In this document: positions 25,075-38,222 of the stretch, piece after piece | How positions within the stretch are numbered: the first letter of the stretch is position 1 | Layout of the letters: every line of letters begins with the position of its first letter | DNA from: Blastocladiella emersonii ATCC 22665 | Lineage: Eukaryota > Fungi > Blastocladiomycota | DNA: 64,000 nt | Direction of reading: 5' to 3' | Assembly: GCA_025594325.1 (NCBI GenBank) | Contig: JANHCV010000014.1 | Location: forward strand, 744,001-808,000 | Position numbers and translations under genes: made by a program | The notes under the pieces: model-generated | The model's input: only the letters and a program-made list of their open reading frames with translations | What the model was told of the DNA's origin: nothing | Databases searched by the model: none

Positions 25075-26300
25075 CGTGGGTCAAGGGCCACAGCGGCGAC
25101 CTCGGCAACATGGCGGCTGATGTGTTCGGCGCAGCGGAGCACAGCCGCGGCGAAGATACGGTGCGCGTGCACCCGGGCATGCGCGAGGTCGTGACGCCGT
25201 CGCACGCGCTGCACTTCATGGGCGTACCCGTGTGCTCGGACCCGCGCGCGTTCGTGGTACGCCGACTCGAGACCGAGTGCGCGACGCGGGCTGCCATGGT
25301 GCTCGCGCTGCAAGCGGACGTGGTCGGCGGCGGGCTCCAGGGCGTCAACGCGGTCCTCGACAGCGCGGACTGGCTGGCGACGTCGCCCGCGATCCACTGC
25401 GGGACCAAGCCGCTCGCGCAGGACACGTCGCGCGCGAGCAGAACGGCATTTCGGGCGTCCCGCTCAAGGCCTCCTGCCGTCGCGCCAAGGCCTGCGCGCG
25501 CTGTACCCGACGCGGTTCGTGCACGGTGACAAGTGCACGTGCGGCGCCGTCGACTCGCAGTCGCCGCACTACACGTCGTGTCCCGACCACCCGCCCGGCT
25601 GCGACGACGAGCTCGTCGGCGGCGGCGTCTGCGCGTCCGTCAAGACCAAGAACACCTCGCTCCTCGGCGTCTCGGTGCCCGCAGCCGAGCGGCGGCCAGC
25701 GCAGGACCCGATCGGCGGCCTCATCGCGGGCGGGCCGACGCTCGACCAGGCCGTCGCGACGGGCGGCGGCGCGGATCGCCGAGCAGCTCGTGCGCCCCGA
25801 CACGCTGCACCGGCTCATGGCGTTCGTCGTGCTCAAGGGCGACGTGGACCAGTACAAGGCGCTCGTGCACGCCGAGCTGCCCGAGCATACGCCCGAGACG
25901 CTCGAGCAGGAGCAGCATCGCCGCGCCGCCGACGCCGCGGACACGGCGGTCCAGGCCGCCATTGAGGCCGAGCTCCCGCGCCGCGAGCCGCCGTCGCCGC
26001 GCACCGTGGTCGCGCAGGTCGTGTTGCTCGCGGGCCAATTGACAACGCTGACACGGGCGCCGGCTAGCAAGGCGTCGGGGCAGCCGCGGTGTGCGCCCGG
26101 TTGGGCTCAAGTGCATCGTGGCCGTGCCCGCGGCCGCCGCCGCCACCGCGGCTGAAAACGAGTTCCAGTCCGCGATCGGCCCTCGAGGCGCTCAAACAGT
26201 TCCGCAACGCCGAGGCCGTCCGCGTACGATCGCTACTGCGGGACTCGCCGCTGCCTGAGCGGCCCGATCATCATCCTTCTTCTCCCTCACCCGTGTAGAC
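25075..26300 (+). mobile_element. Degenerate 5'-truncated non-LTR retrotransposon fragment (RNase H C-terminus plus CCHC finger)
   Basis: WVKGHSGDLGNMAAD is the C-terminal RNase HI motif (WVxGHxGxxGNExAD type). Downstream RLYPTRF...KCTCGAVDSQSPHYTSC is a Cys/His finger typical of non-LTR ORF2 ends. Several frameshifts; 3' boundary approximate. Confidence 0.65.
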
Positions 26301-26744
26301 CAAGTGCAAGCCCTGGAACGAGCGTGCGCACGCGCGCCGAGTTCCCGTCCTGTCGATATTCTGTCCCTCCCTCGTCGTTCTCGCTGCCCCACTATACACC
26401 TATGATTTGTGAACGGGATATTGGTTGCGTGTGAGGGTCAGGGAAAGGGCCGAGAGGCTGAGCGGCGGCGTAGCAACGCATCACACGCCGTCACATGTCC
26501 GCGCGCCGTCGCGTCCGGTCCTCGCTCTCCCCCCGAGGTTGCTCGAGCCCGCCGTCGTGACGCCGGCTGGTATGACCATTTTCGCATGCAGCACAGCGCA
26601 ACGACACGCCGACCGACGAGACACACGCGCTGACCGCTCCGCCTTCCCTTCACGCGCCGTGCGTCTCCCCCGACTATAGTCCGATTCTCCCTCCCACTGG
26701 TCCCTGACGCCCCGCTCCGTTCGCAGCGTAGCGTAGCAGCGACC

Positions 26745-29700
26745 ATGGAGATTGTCGACTTTTGCCTCGACCTGCGGGGCCCCGTCCGCGCCGTCTTGGC
26801 CGCCACCGCCAATGTGACGGATGCGCGCGGCCCCGCGGCCATCGCCGTCACCAGCAACCGCGGCCATGACGCCCTCTCCACCCTCGCTTCCCTCTTCCCC
26901 GAGTCGAACCCAACACCGCTCGACCGCCACGCCAAGGAGGCCGCGCTCACCGCGCTCGCCGCCGTGCTCGCCGACCCGCGCTTCACCCGCGCCGTCGTCG
27001 CCGCGTGCCGCCCGCTCCTCCTCGACCTCGTCGCACGCATCGTGCACGCTTCCCCGCAGACCGAGTCGCTCTCGCGCAGCCCCGCCAAGTCGGCTCCCGG
27101 CAAACGCCGCCGGAGCTTTAGTGGAGATGCATCCGAGGATGCCAACGGTACGCACCCTTTGCCGCGCGCGCACGGAACTCGTCGCTGATCCCCGAATTCG
27201 ACCTTCCGTGTAGCCATGGACGTGGACACCGCGCCGCCGACCTCCCTCGCCGCGCTCTCCGCACACGAGTCGACGTGCGTTGCGCTCGCGACCATCGTCC
27301 TGATCGCCCCGCAGTCGCGCCTGTTCGTCGCCCGCTACTTTGCCGCGCACCCGCCGCCGACCGACCGCCTCGCCCTGCACCTCCTGAACGGCGACTCCCC
27401 CAACCCCAACACCCTCATCCCCGTCGCGCACGCCAACATCGAGGCCGTCCTCCTCGCCACCCACCGCCTGCTCGCCCACGTCCCCGCGGTCCGCGGGACG
27501 TGGAACCTGCACCCGCTGCACGCGCTCGTCGACGCGCCCGTCCTCGCGCCGCGCGCGCGCGTGGTTGTCGCGCATATCCTCGCCGAGTATTTCGCGGTCG
27601 CCGACGCCGAGCGCGCCGCGATCGTCCGCCGCGCGTCCGAGACCGACGCGTTTTTCGCGCTCGAGGAGCTCGCCGTCGTCCGGGCGCTCCAGGACGAGCT
27701 CGCTGCGCCCGCGCCCGCACATGCGGTTGAGGCGGCGGGCGAGCCCGTGACGGTCACCGCCGACTACCTGTCGCCGTACGTCGTCGACGTGTGCGGGATC
27801 CTGCTCCCGACCGACGCTGCGCCGGCTGCGGACCGCGTGTCGACGCTCGTCGAGACCCCGACCACGCGCCGCAACATCTGCGCCATCGCCATGGCCGCAT
27901 CGCTCGGCTCGCCCGTCCTGCTCGAGGGCATCACGGGCTCGGGCAAGACGTGCCTGATCGAGGACCTCGCCGCGCGCCTCGGCCGCGCCTCCACCCTGAC
28001 CAAGATCCACCTCGGCGACCAGTCGGACGGCAAGACGCTGCTCGGCACCTACGTCGCGACGTCGACGCCCGGCCAGTTTGCGTGGTCGCGCGGCGTCCTG
28101 ACGCGCGCCGTCATGGACGGCCACTGGCTGGTCCTCGAGGATATCGACATGGCGTCCAAGGACGTGGTCTCGCTGCTCGTGCCGCTGCTCGAGAAGCGCA
28201 CCCTGTACGTGCCGCAGCGCGGGCAGGAGATCACCGCGCACCCGAACTTCCAGCTGTTCGCGACGACCGCGCTCGACCCCTTCACCCTCGCCCCGCGCAT
28301 GTCTGCCGCGCAGGGCCTCGGCGCGTCGCTCTGGACCCACGTCCGCATCGCGCAGCTCGGCCGCGACGAGCTCCTGCACGTGCTCGCGCGGCGGTTCCCG
28401 CGGCTCGCGCCGCTCACGGACCTGCTGGTCGCCGCGTTCGAGCAGGTCGCGCACTTCTACCACGACCCGACGTACCGCTCGTCGTACCAGTCGGGCGGGC
28501 GGTACATGTCGACGCGCGACCTGATCAAGTGGTGCCACCGCGCGCAGATCCTCGTGGCGCCCGGCACCGATCTCGCGTACGACGCGGTGACGCGCGACGA
28601 GAACGTCGTCGAGCCGCTGCTCAAGGAGGCCATCGACGTGTTCGTGTGCATGATCCCGAACGCCGACCTGCGCCGCCGCGTCCTCGGCGTCCTGTGCGAC
28701 GCCCTCGACGTGCCCGCGGCCAAACGCGACTACTTTGCGACCCAGTACGCGCCCGAGCTCGAGCTCGGCGACACCACGTTCGCCGTCGGCCGCGTCGCGC
28801 TCCCGCTCCCGCCGCACGCGCACGGTGGTGCGGGGCGCAAGTCCTCGCGCCACCCGTTCGCGACGACCGGCCACGCGAAGCGGCTCCTCGAGCGCATCGC
28901 GGTCGCGGTCGCCATGACCGAGCCCGTCCTGCTCGTCGGCGAGACCGGGTGCGGCAAGACGACCGTCGTCCAGCACCTCGCGCGCACGCTGCACAAGCGG
29001 CTGCACGTCATCAACCTGTCGCAGCAGACCGAGTCGTCGGACCTCATGGGCGGGTTCAAGCCCGCGTCCATGGCCGCGCACGTGGCGCCGCTCGTCAAGG
29101 AGTTTTACGCGCTGTTTGCGGCGACGTTCTCGGTCAAGAAGAACCAGGCGTTCCTCGACGCCGTCCGCAAGGCCCACGCCAAGTCCAAGTTCGAGCCGCT
29201 CGTCGTCCAGTTCATGAAGGCGCTCAAGATGGCGCAGGACCGGTTCGACAAGGCCGACGTTTCGGGGGCCAACGCCAAGGCGATCCCGCCGCAGGTCCGC
29301 CAGGACTGGAAGGAGTTCGGCGCCCGCGTCGCCGACCTCCGCAACATGCTCGGGTCCGCGGCCAAGCTCTTCTTCTCGTTCGTCGAGGGCACGCTCGTGT
29401 CGGCGATCCGCAAGGGCGACTGGGTCCTGCTCGACGAGGTCAACCTGGCCTCCGCCGAGACCCTCGAGTCCCTGTCGGGCCTGCTCGAGCAGCACGGGTC
29501 GCTGCTCCTCACGGAGCGCGGCGACGAGGAGGTGGTCCCGCGGCACCCCGAGTTCCGCATCTTCGCGTGCATGAACCCGGCGACCGACGTCGGCAAGCGC
29601 GACCTCCCGATCGGCCTGCGCAACCGGTTCACCGAGATCTACGTCGAGTCGCCCGACAACTACCTCGACGACCTCACCCTGATCGTCGGGTCGTACCTCG

Positions 29701-32700
29701 CGACGCTCGCGCACGCCGACGCCAACGTCGTCGGCGACGTCGTCCAGTTCTACCTCGACGCGAAACGGCTCGCCGAGTCGAGTCTGTACGACGGCGCCGG
29801 CACCCGCCCGCACTTCTCACTCCGCACGCTGTCCCGCGCGCTGAGTTTCGTGGCCGCCGTCGCGCCCATGTTCGGCCTCCGCCGCGCGCTGTTCGAGGGC
29901 TTCTCCATGACGTTCCTGACGCTGCTCGACCTCGCCTCGCAGCGCACCATGCTCGACGTGATCCACACCACGCTGCTGCGCGGCAACGCCAAGCTGCTCA
30001 AGCACCCGACGCCCGCTCCCGCGAACCCCGACGACTACGTGCAGTTCGAGTCGTTCTGGCTCCGCCGCGGCCCGCACGAGTACGCCGGCGAGCCGCCCGC
30101 GTACATCCTGACGCCGTCGGTGCACCGCAACCTGCTCAACCTGGCGCGGTCGGTGATGACGGCCAAGTACCCGGTGCTGATCCAGGGCCCGACGTCGTCG
30201 GGCAAGACGAGCATGATCGAGCACCTGGCGCGCGTCACGCACCACCAGTTTGTGCGCATCAACAACCACGAGCACACGGACCTCCAGGAGTACCTCGGGT
30301 GCTACGTGTCGGACGACACGGGGAAGCTCGTGTTCAAGGAGGGCGCGCTCGTCACGGCGCTCAAGGAGGGCCACTGGATCGTCCTCGACGAACTCAACCT
30401 CGCGCCCACGGACGTCCTCGAGGCCCTCAACCGCCTGCTCGACGATAACCGCGAGCTGTTCATCCCCGAGACCCAGCAGGTCGTCCGCCCGCACCCGCAC
30501 TTCATGCTGTTCGCGACGCAGAACCCGCCCAGCTACGGCGGCCGCAAGGTGCTCTCGCGCGCGTTCCGCAACCGGTTCCTCGAGCTCCACTTTGACGACC
30601 TCCCCGACGACGAGCTGCACACGATTTTGGCGGGTCGCTGCGCGGTCGCCCCCTCGTACGCGAAAGCCATCATCGCCGTGTACCAGGAGCTCCGCAAGCG
30701 CCGCATGGAGTCGCGCCTGTTCGACGGCAAGGCCTCGTTCGCCACCCTCCGCGACCTGTTCCGCTGGGCCAACCGCCCCGCCCAGACGTACCAGGCCCTC
30801 GCCGAGAACGGGTGGATGATTTTGGGGGAACGCGTCCGGTCCGCCGCCGAGCGCAAGCTCGTCATCGAGGTGCTCCAGGGGATGAAGAAGGGCATCGTCA
30901 TCGACCCGCCCGCGCTTTACGCCCGCACCTTTGACCAGTTCCGCGCCGCGCTGCCCGATACCGTCGTGTGGAACAACACGATGAAGCGGCTGTTCGCCCT
31001 CACGGTCGCGTGCATCCAGCACCACGAGCCCGTCCTCCTCGTCGGCGAGACCGGGTGCGGCAAGACGACCGTGTGCCAGGTCCTCGCCCAGCTCTTCGCC
31101 ACCCCGCTCGTCATCGTCAACTGCCACCAGCACTCGGAGACGTCTGACTTTATCGGGTCGCAGCGGCCCGCACGCGGTTCCGCCGGTGACCATGACGCCG
31201 AGGGTGCCGCGAACGAGAAGCTGTTCGAGTGGCAGGACGGCCCGCTGATCCAGGCCATGAAGCACGGGCACTACTTGCTCCTCGACGAGATCTCGCTCGC
31301 CGACGACTCGGTCCTCGAGCGGCTCAACTCGATCCTCGAGCCCGCGCGCACGCTCCTCATCGCCGAAAAGGGCGGCGACGTCGAGCAGGTGACGGCCGTC
31401 GACGCGTTCCGGTTCCTCGCCACCATGAACCCCGGCGGCGACTACGGGAAAAAGGAGCTCTCGCCCGCGCTCCGCAACCGGTTCACCGAGATCTGGACCG
31501 ACCAGGTCGACGACTACGCGGACCTGCACGAGATTGTCGCCGCCAAGCTCCGCGGCGACGCGGCCACGGCGGCCACGATCCTCGACTACGTGACCTGGTT
31601 CAAGGACCAGTGCCGCCACGATCACGTCGCGTGCGTCATCTCGATGCGCGACCTGATCGCGTGGGCCGAGTTTGTCCTCGCGTCCGCGCCGCAGCTCGGC
31701 CGCAACAACGCGGTGCTGCACGGCGGCGCCATGGTCCTCCTCGACGGCCTCAAGTCGCCCGCGTTCGCCGCGCGGTGCCTCGCCGAGCTCGAGGCGCGGA
31801 CTGGTGCCGCCGTTGAGAGCATGACGGACGTCGTCGACGCCGACGGCCGGTTCGGGATCGGCGCCTTCACCATCGCCCACGGCACGCACCCCGCCAAGCC
31901 CGCCCGCCACACGCTCAACGCGCCAACGTCCCGCGAGAACCTCCTCCGCGTCCTCCGCGCGCTGCAGATCCCCGCCAAGGCGATCCTCTTCGAGGGCAGC
32001 CCCGGCGTCGGCAAGACGTCCCTCGTCTCCGCCCTCGCGCAGCTGTCGGGCCACGCGCTCGTCCGCATCAACCTCAGCGAGCAGACGGACCTCATCGACC
32101 TGTTTGGCAGCGATCTGCCCGTCGAGGGCGGCGCCGCCGGCGAGTTTGCGTGGCGCGACGGCCCGTTCCTCGCGGCCATGAAGGCTGGCGACTGGGTGCT
32201 GCTCGACGAGCTCAACCTCGCGTCGCAGCCGGTCCTCGAGGGGCTCAACGCGTGCCTCGACCACCGCGGGTCCGTGTACCTCCCCGAGCTCGACCGCAGC
32301 TTCGACAAGCACGCCGACTTCCGCATCTTCGGCGCGCAGAACCCGCTCGAGGAGGGCGGCGGCCGCCGCGGTCTCCCGAAATCGTTCCTCAACCGGTTCA
32401 CGCAGGTCCACGTCATGCCCCTCACCGACCACGACCTCATGACCATCGTCGCCGACATGCACCCGAACGTCGCCGGCGACGCCGTCGTCCGCCAGATGCT
32501 CGAGTTCAACTCGCAGCTCCACCACAAGACCATGGTCGCCCGCGAGTTCGGCATGGCCGGCTCGCCGTGGGAGTTCAACCTCCGCGACGTGCTCCGCTGG
32601 CTCGAGCTCATGGCCAAGACGGGCACGGCGGACCCCGCCGCGTTCCTCGACGTCCTCTACCTCCAGTGCATGCAGTCGGACGCCGACCGCGCCAAGACGC

Positions 32701-35700
32701 TGGCCCTGTGGAACGCCGTCACCGGCGCCGACCTCGTGCCCGCCAACCCGGACCTGCTCGTCACCCCCGAGTCGGTCGCCGTCGGCAGCGTCACCGTCCC
32801 GCGCGCCACCGGTGTGGGCGCCGGCGCGGCGTTCCCCGCCCAGCACGTGCTCGTCCCGCACTCGATGCTGCGCCCGCTGCACGCGCTGCTCACGAGCGTG
32901 CACGCCGGGTGGATGTCGATGGTGATCGGTCCGTCGGGCTCTGGCAAGACGGAACTCGTCCGCGCGGCCGCCGCGCTCACGGGCAACGCGCTCGTCGAGT
33001 TCGCCATGAACTCGTCCGTCGACGCCCTCGAGCTTCTCGGCGGGTTCGAGCAGGTCGACCGCACCCGGTGCATCGAGCAGCTCACGCGCGCGCTCGCCGC
33101 CGACTCGCGCCGTGTTTTGGCAGTGGTTTCGGGCGTCGCGCCCGCGCTCGCCCAGAACGTCGAGCGCGAGAGTCTCGCGCAGCTCGCGGCCTACGCGCAC
33201 GCCGAGCATTTGACGGTCGACCAGCTGCGCCACTGGACCGACCTCCTCGCGTACGTGTGCGCCGCCACGGGCCAGCCCGACCACAAGCCGCACCACGCGC
33301 GGCTCGTCGCCAAGTACGAGCAGCTCGCGAGCGTCGCGGGCAAGTTCGAGTGGGTCGACGGCGTGCTGCTGGATGCGGTGCAGAACGGCAAGTGGATCCT
33401 CCTCGACAACGCCAACCTGTGCTCGCCGTCGGTCCTCGACCGGCTCAACCCGCTGTTCGAGGCGTCCGCGCACCGGCACCTGCTCATCAACGAGCGCGGG
33501 CAGACGGACGACGGCGAGTTTGTGACGGTCGAGCCGCACCCAAACTTCCGCATGTTCATGACGCTCGACCCCAAGTTTGGCCAGATCTCGCGCGCCATGC
33601 GGAATCGCGGTGTCGAAATCTCGCTCGTTGACGGGCAGTGGATGCGCGACGAGCACGTCCTCGCGCAGCTGCTCGAGGTCAAGGGCATCCGCGATGCTGG
33701 GTTGCGCGAGACGATGCTCGCCCGGTTCGCCCGCGCCGGCCACCACTCGGCCCGCGAGTTTGTCATGGCCACCGACTACGTTGCCGACATGCTCCAGCGC
33801 GGGTTCGACGCCGACCACGCCGTCGCGTTCGCTGCGCACAACACCCAGGCCGACCTGCACGCCGTCGTGAGCGGGTTCGCTGCCGTTCCCTCTGCACCGG
33901 TTTCGGACGGCCCGATCGTCCCGCACCCGCCGCTGCTCCTGCACCACTCGCTCGCGTCGCTCGTCGAGGCCAAGTTCTCGTACCTGACGTCGCAGCTCGT
34001 GCCCGACGCGCACCTCGCGCCCGCCGCCGACTGTTTCGTGGAACGCGCTGACGTCGCCCAGTGGCGCCCGCTCCTCGCGGCGTGGATGGACTGGCGCACG
34101 CAGAGCCCCGCGCTCGCGCCGCTCCGCGTCAGCGGCGACCACCTCGCGGTGCTCCTCGACCGCATGGCCGCGGCCGATTTTGCCCGCGACAACCACGTGC
34201 TCGCCAAGGCGGTGCTGCTGTTCATCAAGCTGCAGCTCGCGCAGGAGTCGGTCCTTGACCAGACGGCGAACCTCAAGCTGTCGAAGATGAACGTCGTGCA
34301 GCGGTCGCACTGCTTCACCGCGTTCCCGCACCGCGTGTCCAAGGTCGAGATCCCGCCCGTCGTCGTGCCGCTGTACCCGCTGCTCGGCGCGCTCGAGGCC
34401 GGCATGGCCGCCGCGATGCTCGATTCCGCGGCGTCCGCCGAGACCGCGCTCCCCGTCCTCCTGTGGGCGTGGTCCATGTGGTCGCAGTGCCTCGTGCAGC
34501 ACGAGCTCAACCTCGACCTCCTCGACGCGCACGTGTCGCAGCTCATTGACGCGACCAAGGCCGCGCCCGCGTTCGCGCAGCTCCACGCGCACCTCGTCCA
34601 GCTCCAGCGCGTGTACGCCGGCGACATGGAGGCGTCGCAGGCCGTGTGGGTCCGGCTCCACCCGTGGGCCGTGCGCACCGCCGAGCTGTACCAGCACGTC
34701 CACGACCTACTCGCCGTTGACGTGCGCCGCCTGCCCGTCGACCTGCGCAACCTCGCCGTCGACGCCCTCACCAACGTGTTCCTCGGCGACGCGACCCAGC
34801 AGGCGTCGCTCAACGAGGACCTCCCGCGCCTCGTCGCCCTCATCGAGCCGCACCTCGCTGCCGCCGCCGCTCCCGCTCCCGTTCCCGAGCAGCTGCCGCG
34901 CGACGCCGACGATCTCATGGTCGTCGACCAGCAGGCCGCCGAGGAGTCGGTCCGGTCGCTCGTCAAGGCGGCCTTTGACGCCGAGACGCAGCGGTCGCAC
35001 GCCGTGTCCAAGTGGGTGTGGTCGTCGATCATGGTCCAGGGCCTGCTCCGTGCGCACCGGTCCGGCGCCGTCGCGTCGCCCGCGACTGTCCGCCTGCTCG
35101 AGGCCCACACGCCGTCGCTTGCCGAGGCCGTGCACCTGCGCCTGCTGCAGTGGTCGCTCGGCGAGAACCACGCCGCCGAGTCGGCCGACCGCAGCTGGAA
35201 CATGCTGTACACGGACGTCCAGCGCGTGTTCCTCGACCAGTCGCTGTGGCGCCCGCAGCCCAAGGCACTGTCGGCCGAGCTCATTGCCGCGGCGCCCGAG
35301 GCCTCGGTCATCGCCATGGAGACCATCACGGCGCGCCTCAAGTCGACGGCCATGCTCATGCTCGACCACCAGGACCTCCTGCAGCTCGACCTCGCCGCGC
35401 TCGAGCGCGACCTCGTCGCCGCCCGCATGCACCTGCTGCGCGACGTTCCCGCGACGCCCCACGCGGCGGCGCGCATCGCGAGCGCGACCGAGATCGTCGC
35501 GACCGAGACTGCGAACCTCGAGCAGCTCGGGCTCGCGTGGATCCACCTCCGGCTCGCGTTCATGGAGCTCGCGGTGCCGACGTCGCCGCTCGACCCGGCC
35601 ACGCGCTTCTCGCTCGTCCACCACTACACGCGCCAGCTGCAGGGCAACCTCGAGCTCGAGCTGCAGATCTCCGCGGGCTCGCGGCCACGGCGACGACGAT

Positions 35701-35750
35701 ACCCGCTCAACAATAACGTCGCTGACCGCGCCGGCAAGGACGCGGCATAG
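26745..35750 (+). CDS. MDN1: Midasin (Rea1/MDN1) AAA ATPase, C-terminally truncated (about 2979 aa, no acidic or MIDAS domain); intron 27148-27213
   Basis: Six Walker A motifs in midasin order: GITGSGKT, GETGCGKT, GPTSSGKT, GETGCGKT, GSPGVGKT, GPSGSGKT. Also LLDEVNLA/MNP/RNRF motifs and linker motif LAVPTSPLDPA. The exons join as GCC AAC G|CC ATG. Confidence 0.93.
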
Positions 35751-36150
35751 CGCCTGCCCGACGCCAAGTCGTGCTTCACGAAACCCACGCTGACATCCGC
35801 CGCATCGCCAACTTCTAGATCGGCGGCGACCCGCGCGAGCTCATGCGCGACCGCGGCTGCGCCCATGCCGTGTCCCTCGCCACGGTGGCCCAAGGGCGTG
35901 GCGCTTCTTGCGATCGCGCCGCGGCAGCCGCCGCCGCCCCAGCCCGAGTTTGCTCCCGTCCAGGACTGGCCCACTGTCGCGTTCGTGCTCACGGCCTGTC
36001 GCGTTTGCGATCACGGCCAGTCGCGCCCGCTCGTGCGCCGCACCTCGCGCATGTAGCGCAAGGAGCCTGCGCACCGCCTGTGCGTGTTTGCCAGCTAGCC
36101 GCCGCGCCGCGAGCCGCGCGCCGTTGGACGCAGTCGGCCGTATCGAGGTA
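35670..36150 (+). pseudogene. Frameshifted remnant of the midasin linker continuing past the ORF stop
   Basis: Midasin-like peptide pieces in shifting frames (RPTPS..FTK.HADIRRIANF) with stops. No further midasin-like sequence after about 36.15 kb. Confidence 0.5.
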
Positions 36151-36599
36151 CTCATTCGCGGCGACGCCCACACTCACCCTCGCCCTCGCACTCGCTGCTG
36201 CCGACGGCCAGTCGGTCGGCCGCGCCGCACACAAGAATCCCCGGTTCAGCGGCCAGCGTCGGTATGGTCGACATCGCTGCTGCGACTCCATCGTTGTCGG
36301 ACTCGGCCGACGAGTTCTCCGCGCGGCAACGCGCGCGTCCCACTACGGGTGCGCCATCATCACTGCTGCTTATGTACCACCAGGCCTCGCTCACGTTCGC
36401 CGACCTGTGCGACCGTATCCGCCATGGCTTTGCTCGCCCGACCCTCCGCGCGCTCGCTTGCCGCCGCCCCGTGCCGCTTCGCCCACCATCACGGCGGCAT
36501 CTGCAAGCTCTCTCCTTCCACGCCCACGGGCTCAATACAGAATCTTCTTCATTCTTTGCAACACGTCTGTCGGCCGGCCCAACAAAGTTGACTAGACGA

Positions 36600-37569
36600 T
36601 GCGTGGACGCGGAGCGGAGGTGAGTTGGTGAATGCCCGTACCGGAGCAGCATGTACGCGCCCTTGGTCCATTTCGTTGCTCGGCGGAAAAGCTCAGCAAG
36701 GAACGGATGCAGGCGACCCTCCTCGCTACCGTCGGCCGGCGCCTGGAGCATCCAGTGCAAATTGAAGGCAAGCGTTCGGCACTGGTCAGCCGACTCGATG
36801 GAAGGCAGATTTGGACGAAGATGGGCCAACTCCTGGTCCTTGAGAATCGCTTTCGCAACAGCGAGGATGCACGTGTGGTTGTCGCGGAAGATTGCGGTGA
36901 ACCGGGTCTGGTACTAGAGTCACATCGAATGGATCAGCGCGAGCTACAGCAAACAAGGCGCATGAGCGGGTACCTCTTGAAAGCTCAGTACCGACTCGTC
37001 ATCGCCGAAGACTTCGAGATAATCGGCATAGTAGTGCGCTTCGAGGGTGGAAGCGTCGACAAACGGCCCGTACACGAACCGGCTAACCCGAATTTGCACT
37101 TTGACGCGCAGAGGAATATTGCGCAGTGGGATAGCTGACTGCCGGCGCCTGCGCGACGAGCTACACATGATCGAGACAATGGATCAGATTGTAGATTGGA
37201 CGAACTTGGGAAAGCGAATCGCAAGGCGTACCCGCGGACTTGAACGTCCTCCTCATCGTGTTTGCCCTCGTCAGCCTCAACCTCCGCCTCTTCCGCACTT
37301 CGGTCCGAAGCAGCATCGTCCGAGTCCAGGTCGCGCTCGCTGCAACCAGCTGCGCTCGACCGCTCGTCGCCGCCGAGAGCTTCCTCAACATCCAATGTCT
37401 GCGATACATCCGGAAGCGCAGCACCGTGCCGCCCAGCACGGCGGCGCAGGCGAGGCCTTGGAGCCGCGTCGGCGGCAGGTAGCTCCAAAGACGCAGTCTC
37501 GGTCTCGGCCTCGGTCATTTCGCGGATACGCTTGCTCCGCCGGACCAGTTTCATTGCATCAGGTTCCAT
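36600..37569 (-). CDS. Family Y member 1 (acidic N-terminus; VYGPF..A.TL.AH.Y.DY and LHPF..L.RR...W motifs); 3' exons not identified
   Basis: ORFs 36985..37569, 36944..37168 and 36152..36829 carry successive family motifs separated by GT-AG introns; homologous to the 44.8-49.4 kb genes. Confidence 0.6.
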
Positions 37570-37851
37570 GGTGTTGAGTCAATTCGGCTGCTCCGTTGAA
37601 GGGAGGGAGCGTGGTCGGCGGAAACCGAGCGACCGCTCTGATGTTTCACCCGCGTCAGCTGAGTGGCGCAACGCGTTCGATGGAAATCGCCCAGCGGGTC
37701 CGCTACGTACAGCCTGCCTCTACGCTTGCGGATATATTGCTTGCGTCGGACCGTTCCGGGTGGCACGAGTTCCATGGTTCAAAAGTTAACGTGTTTGAAA
37801 CGGGCTGCGGGTACGGCTTGTCCTCTCTGATCTAGTCTCGCCTGATCCTAG

Positions 37852-38118
37852 GCGAGCAACAGCGTCATTGCGCACCTCAAGGTCGACCACCGATCCGTTC
37901 CGCCGCCCGTGCAACTGTACCGCGAGCTAGTCGATGCGATTGCTGACCCTGCTGGCGCCCTCGGAACCGAGTTTGCTGCTGACTTGCGGGCGCTCGTCGA
38001 CTGGCTGCTCGAACGGCCGGTTGTCGCTTATATTCACCTCGCGTCGGGCCACTCACACGCATGGCGCACCGCACGTCGAGCTGTCGAATCGGGCGAAAGG
38101 CGTCGATGCGACGGTTGA
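37852..38118 (+). pseudogene. Orphan terminal exon of family Y
   Basis: After the acceptor CCTAG it reads ASNSVIAHLKVDHRSVPPPVQLYRELVDAIADPAGALGTEFAADLRALVDWL, matching the last exon of the other Y genes. No matching upstream exons on this strand. Confidence 0.6.
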
Positions 38119-38222
38119 CGTTTCGAATCCACGAGAGTCGACCGAGCGAACACGGAACAAATCAGATGAGAATGTATTTGTTCAAAGGAGAGCCACACGC
38201 CGAGCAGGGCTCGAGCGTAACT

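Noticed and set aside
26481-35793. Very long overlapping ORFs (1110, 1628, 885, 608 aa and others) over midasin, and similar ones over copia pol, the SPRY gene and URA2
   Set aside because: Shadow ORFs caused by high GC3 bias; low-complexity R/A/G/P translations with no motifs.
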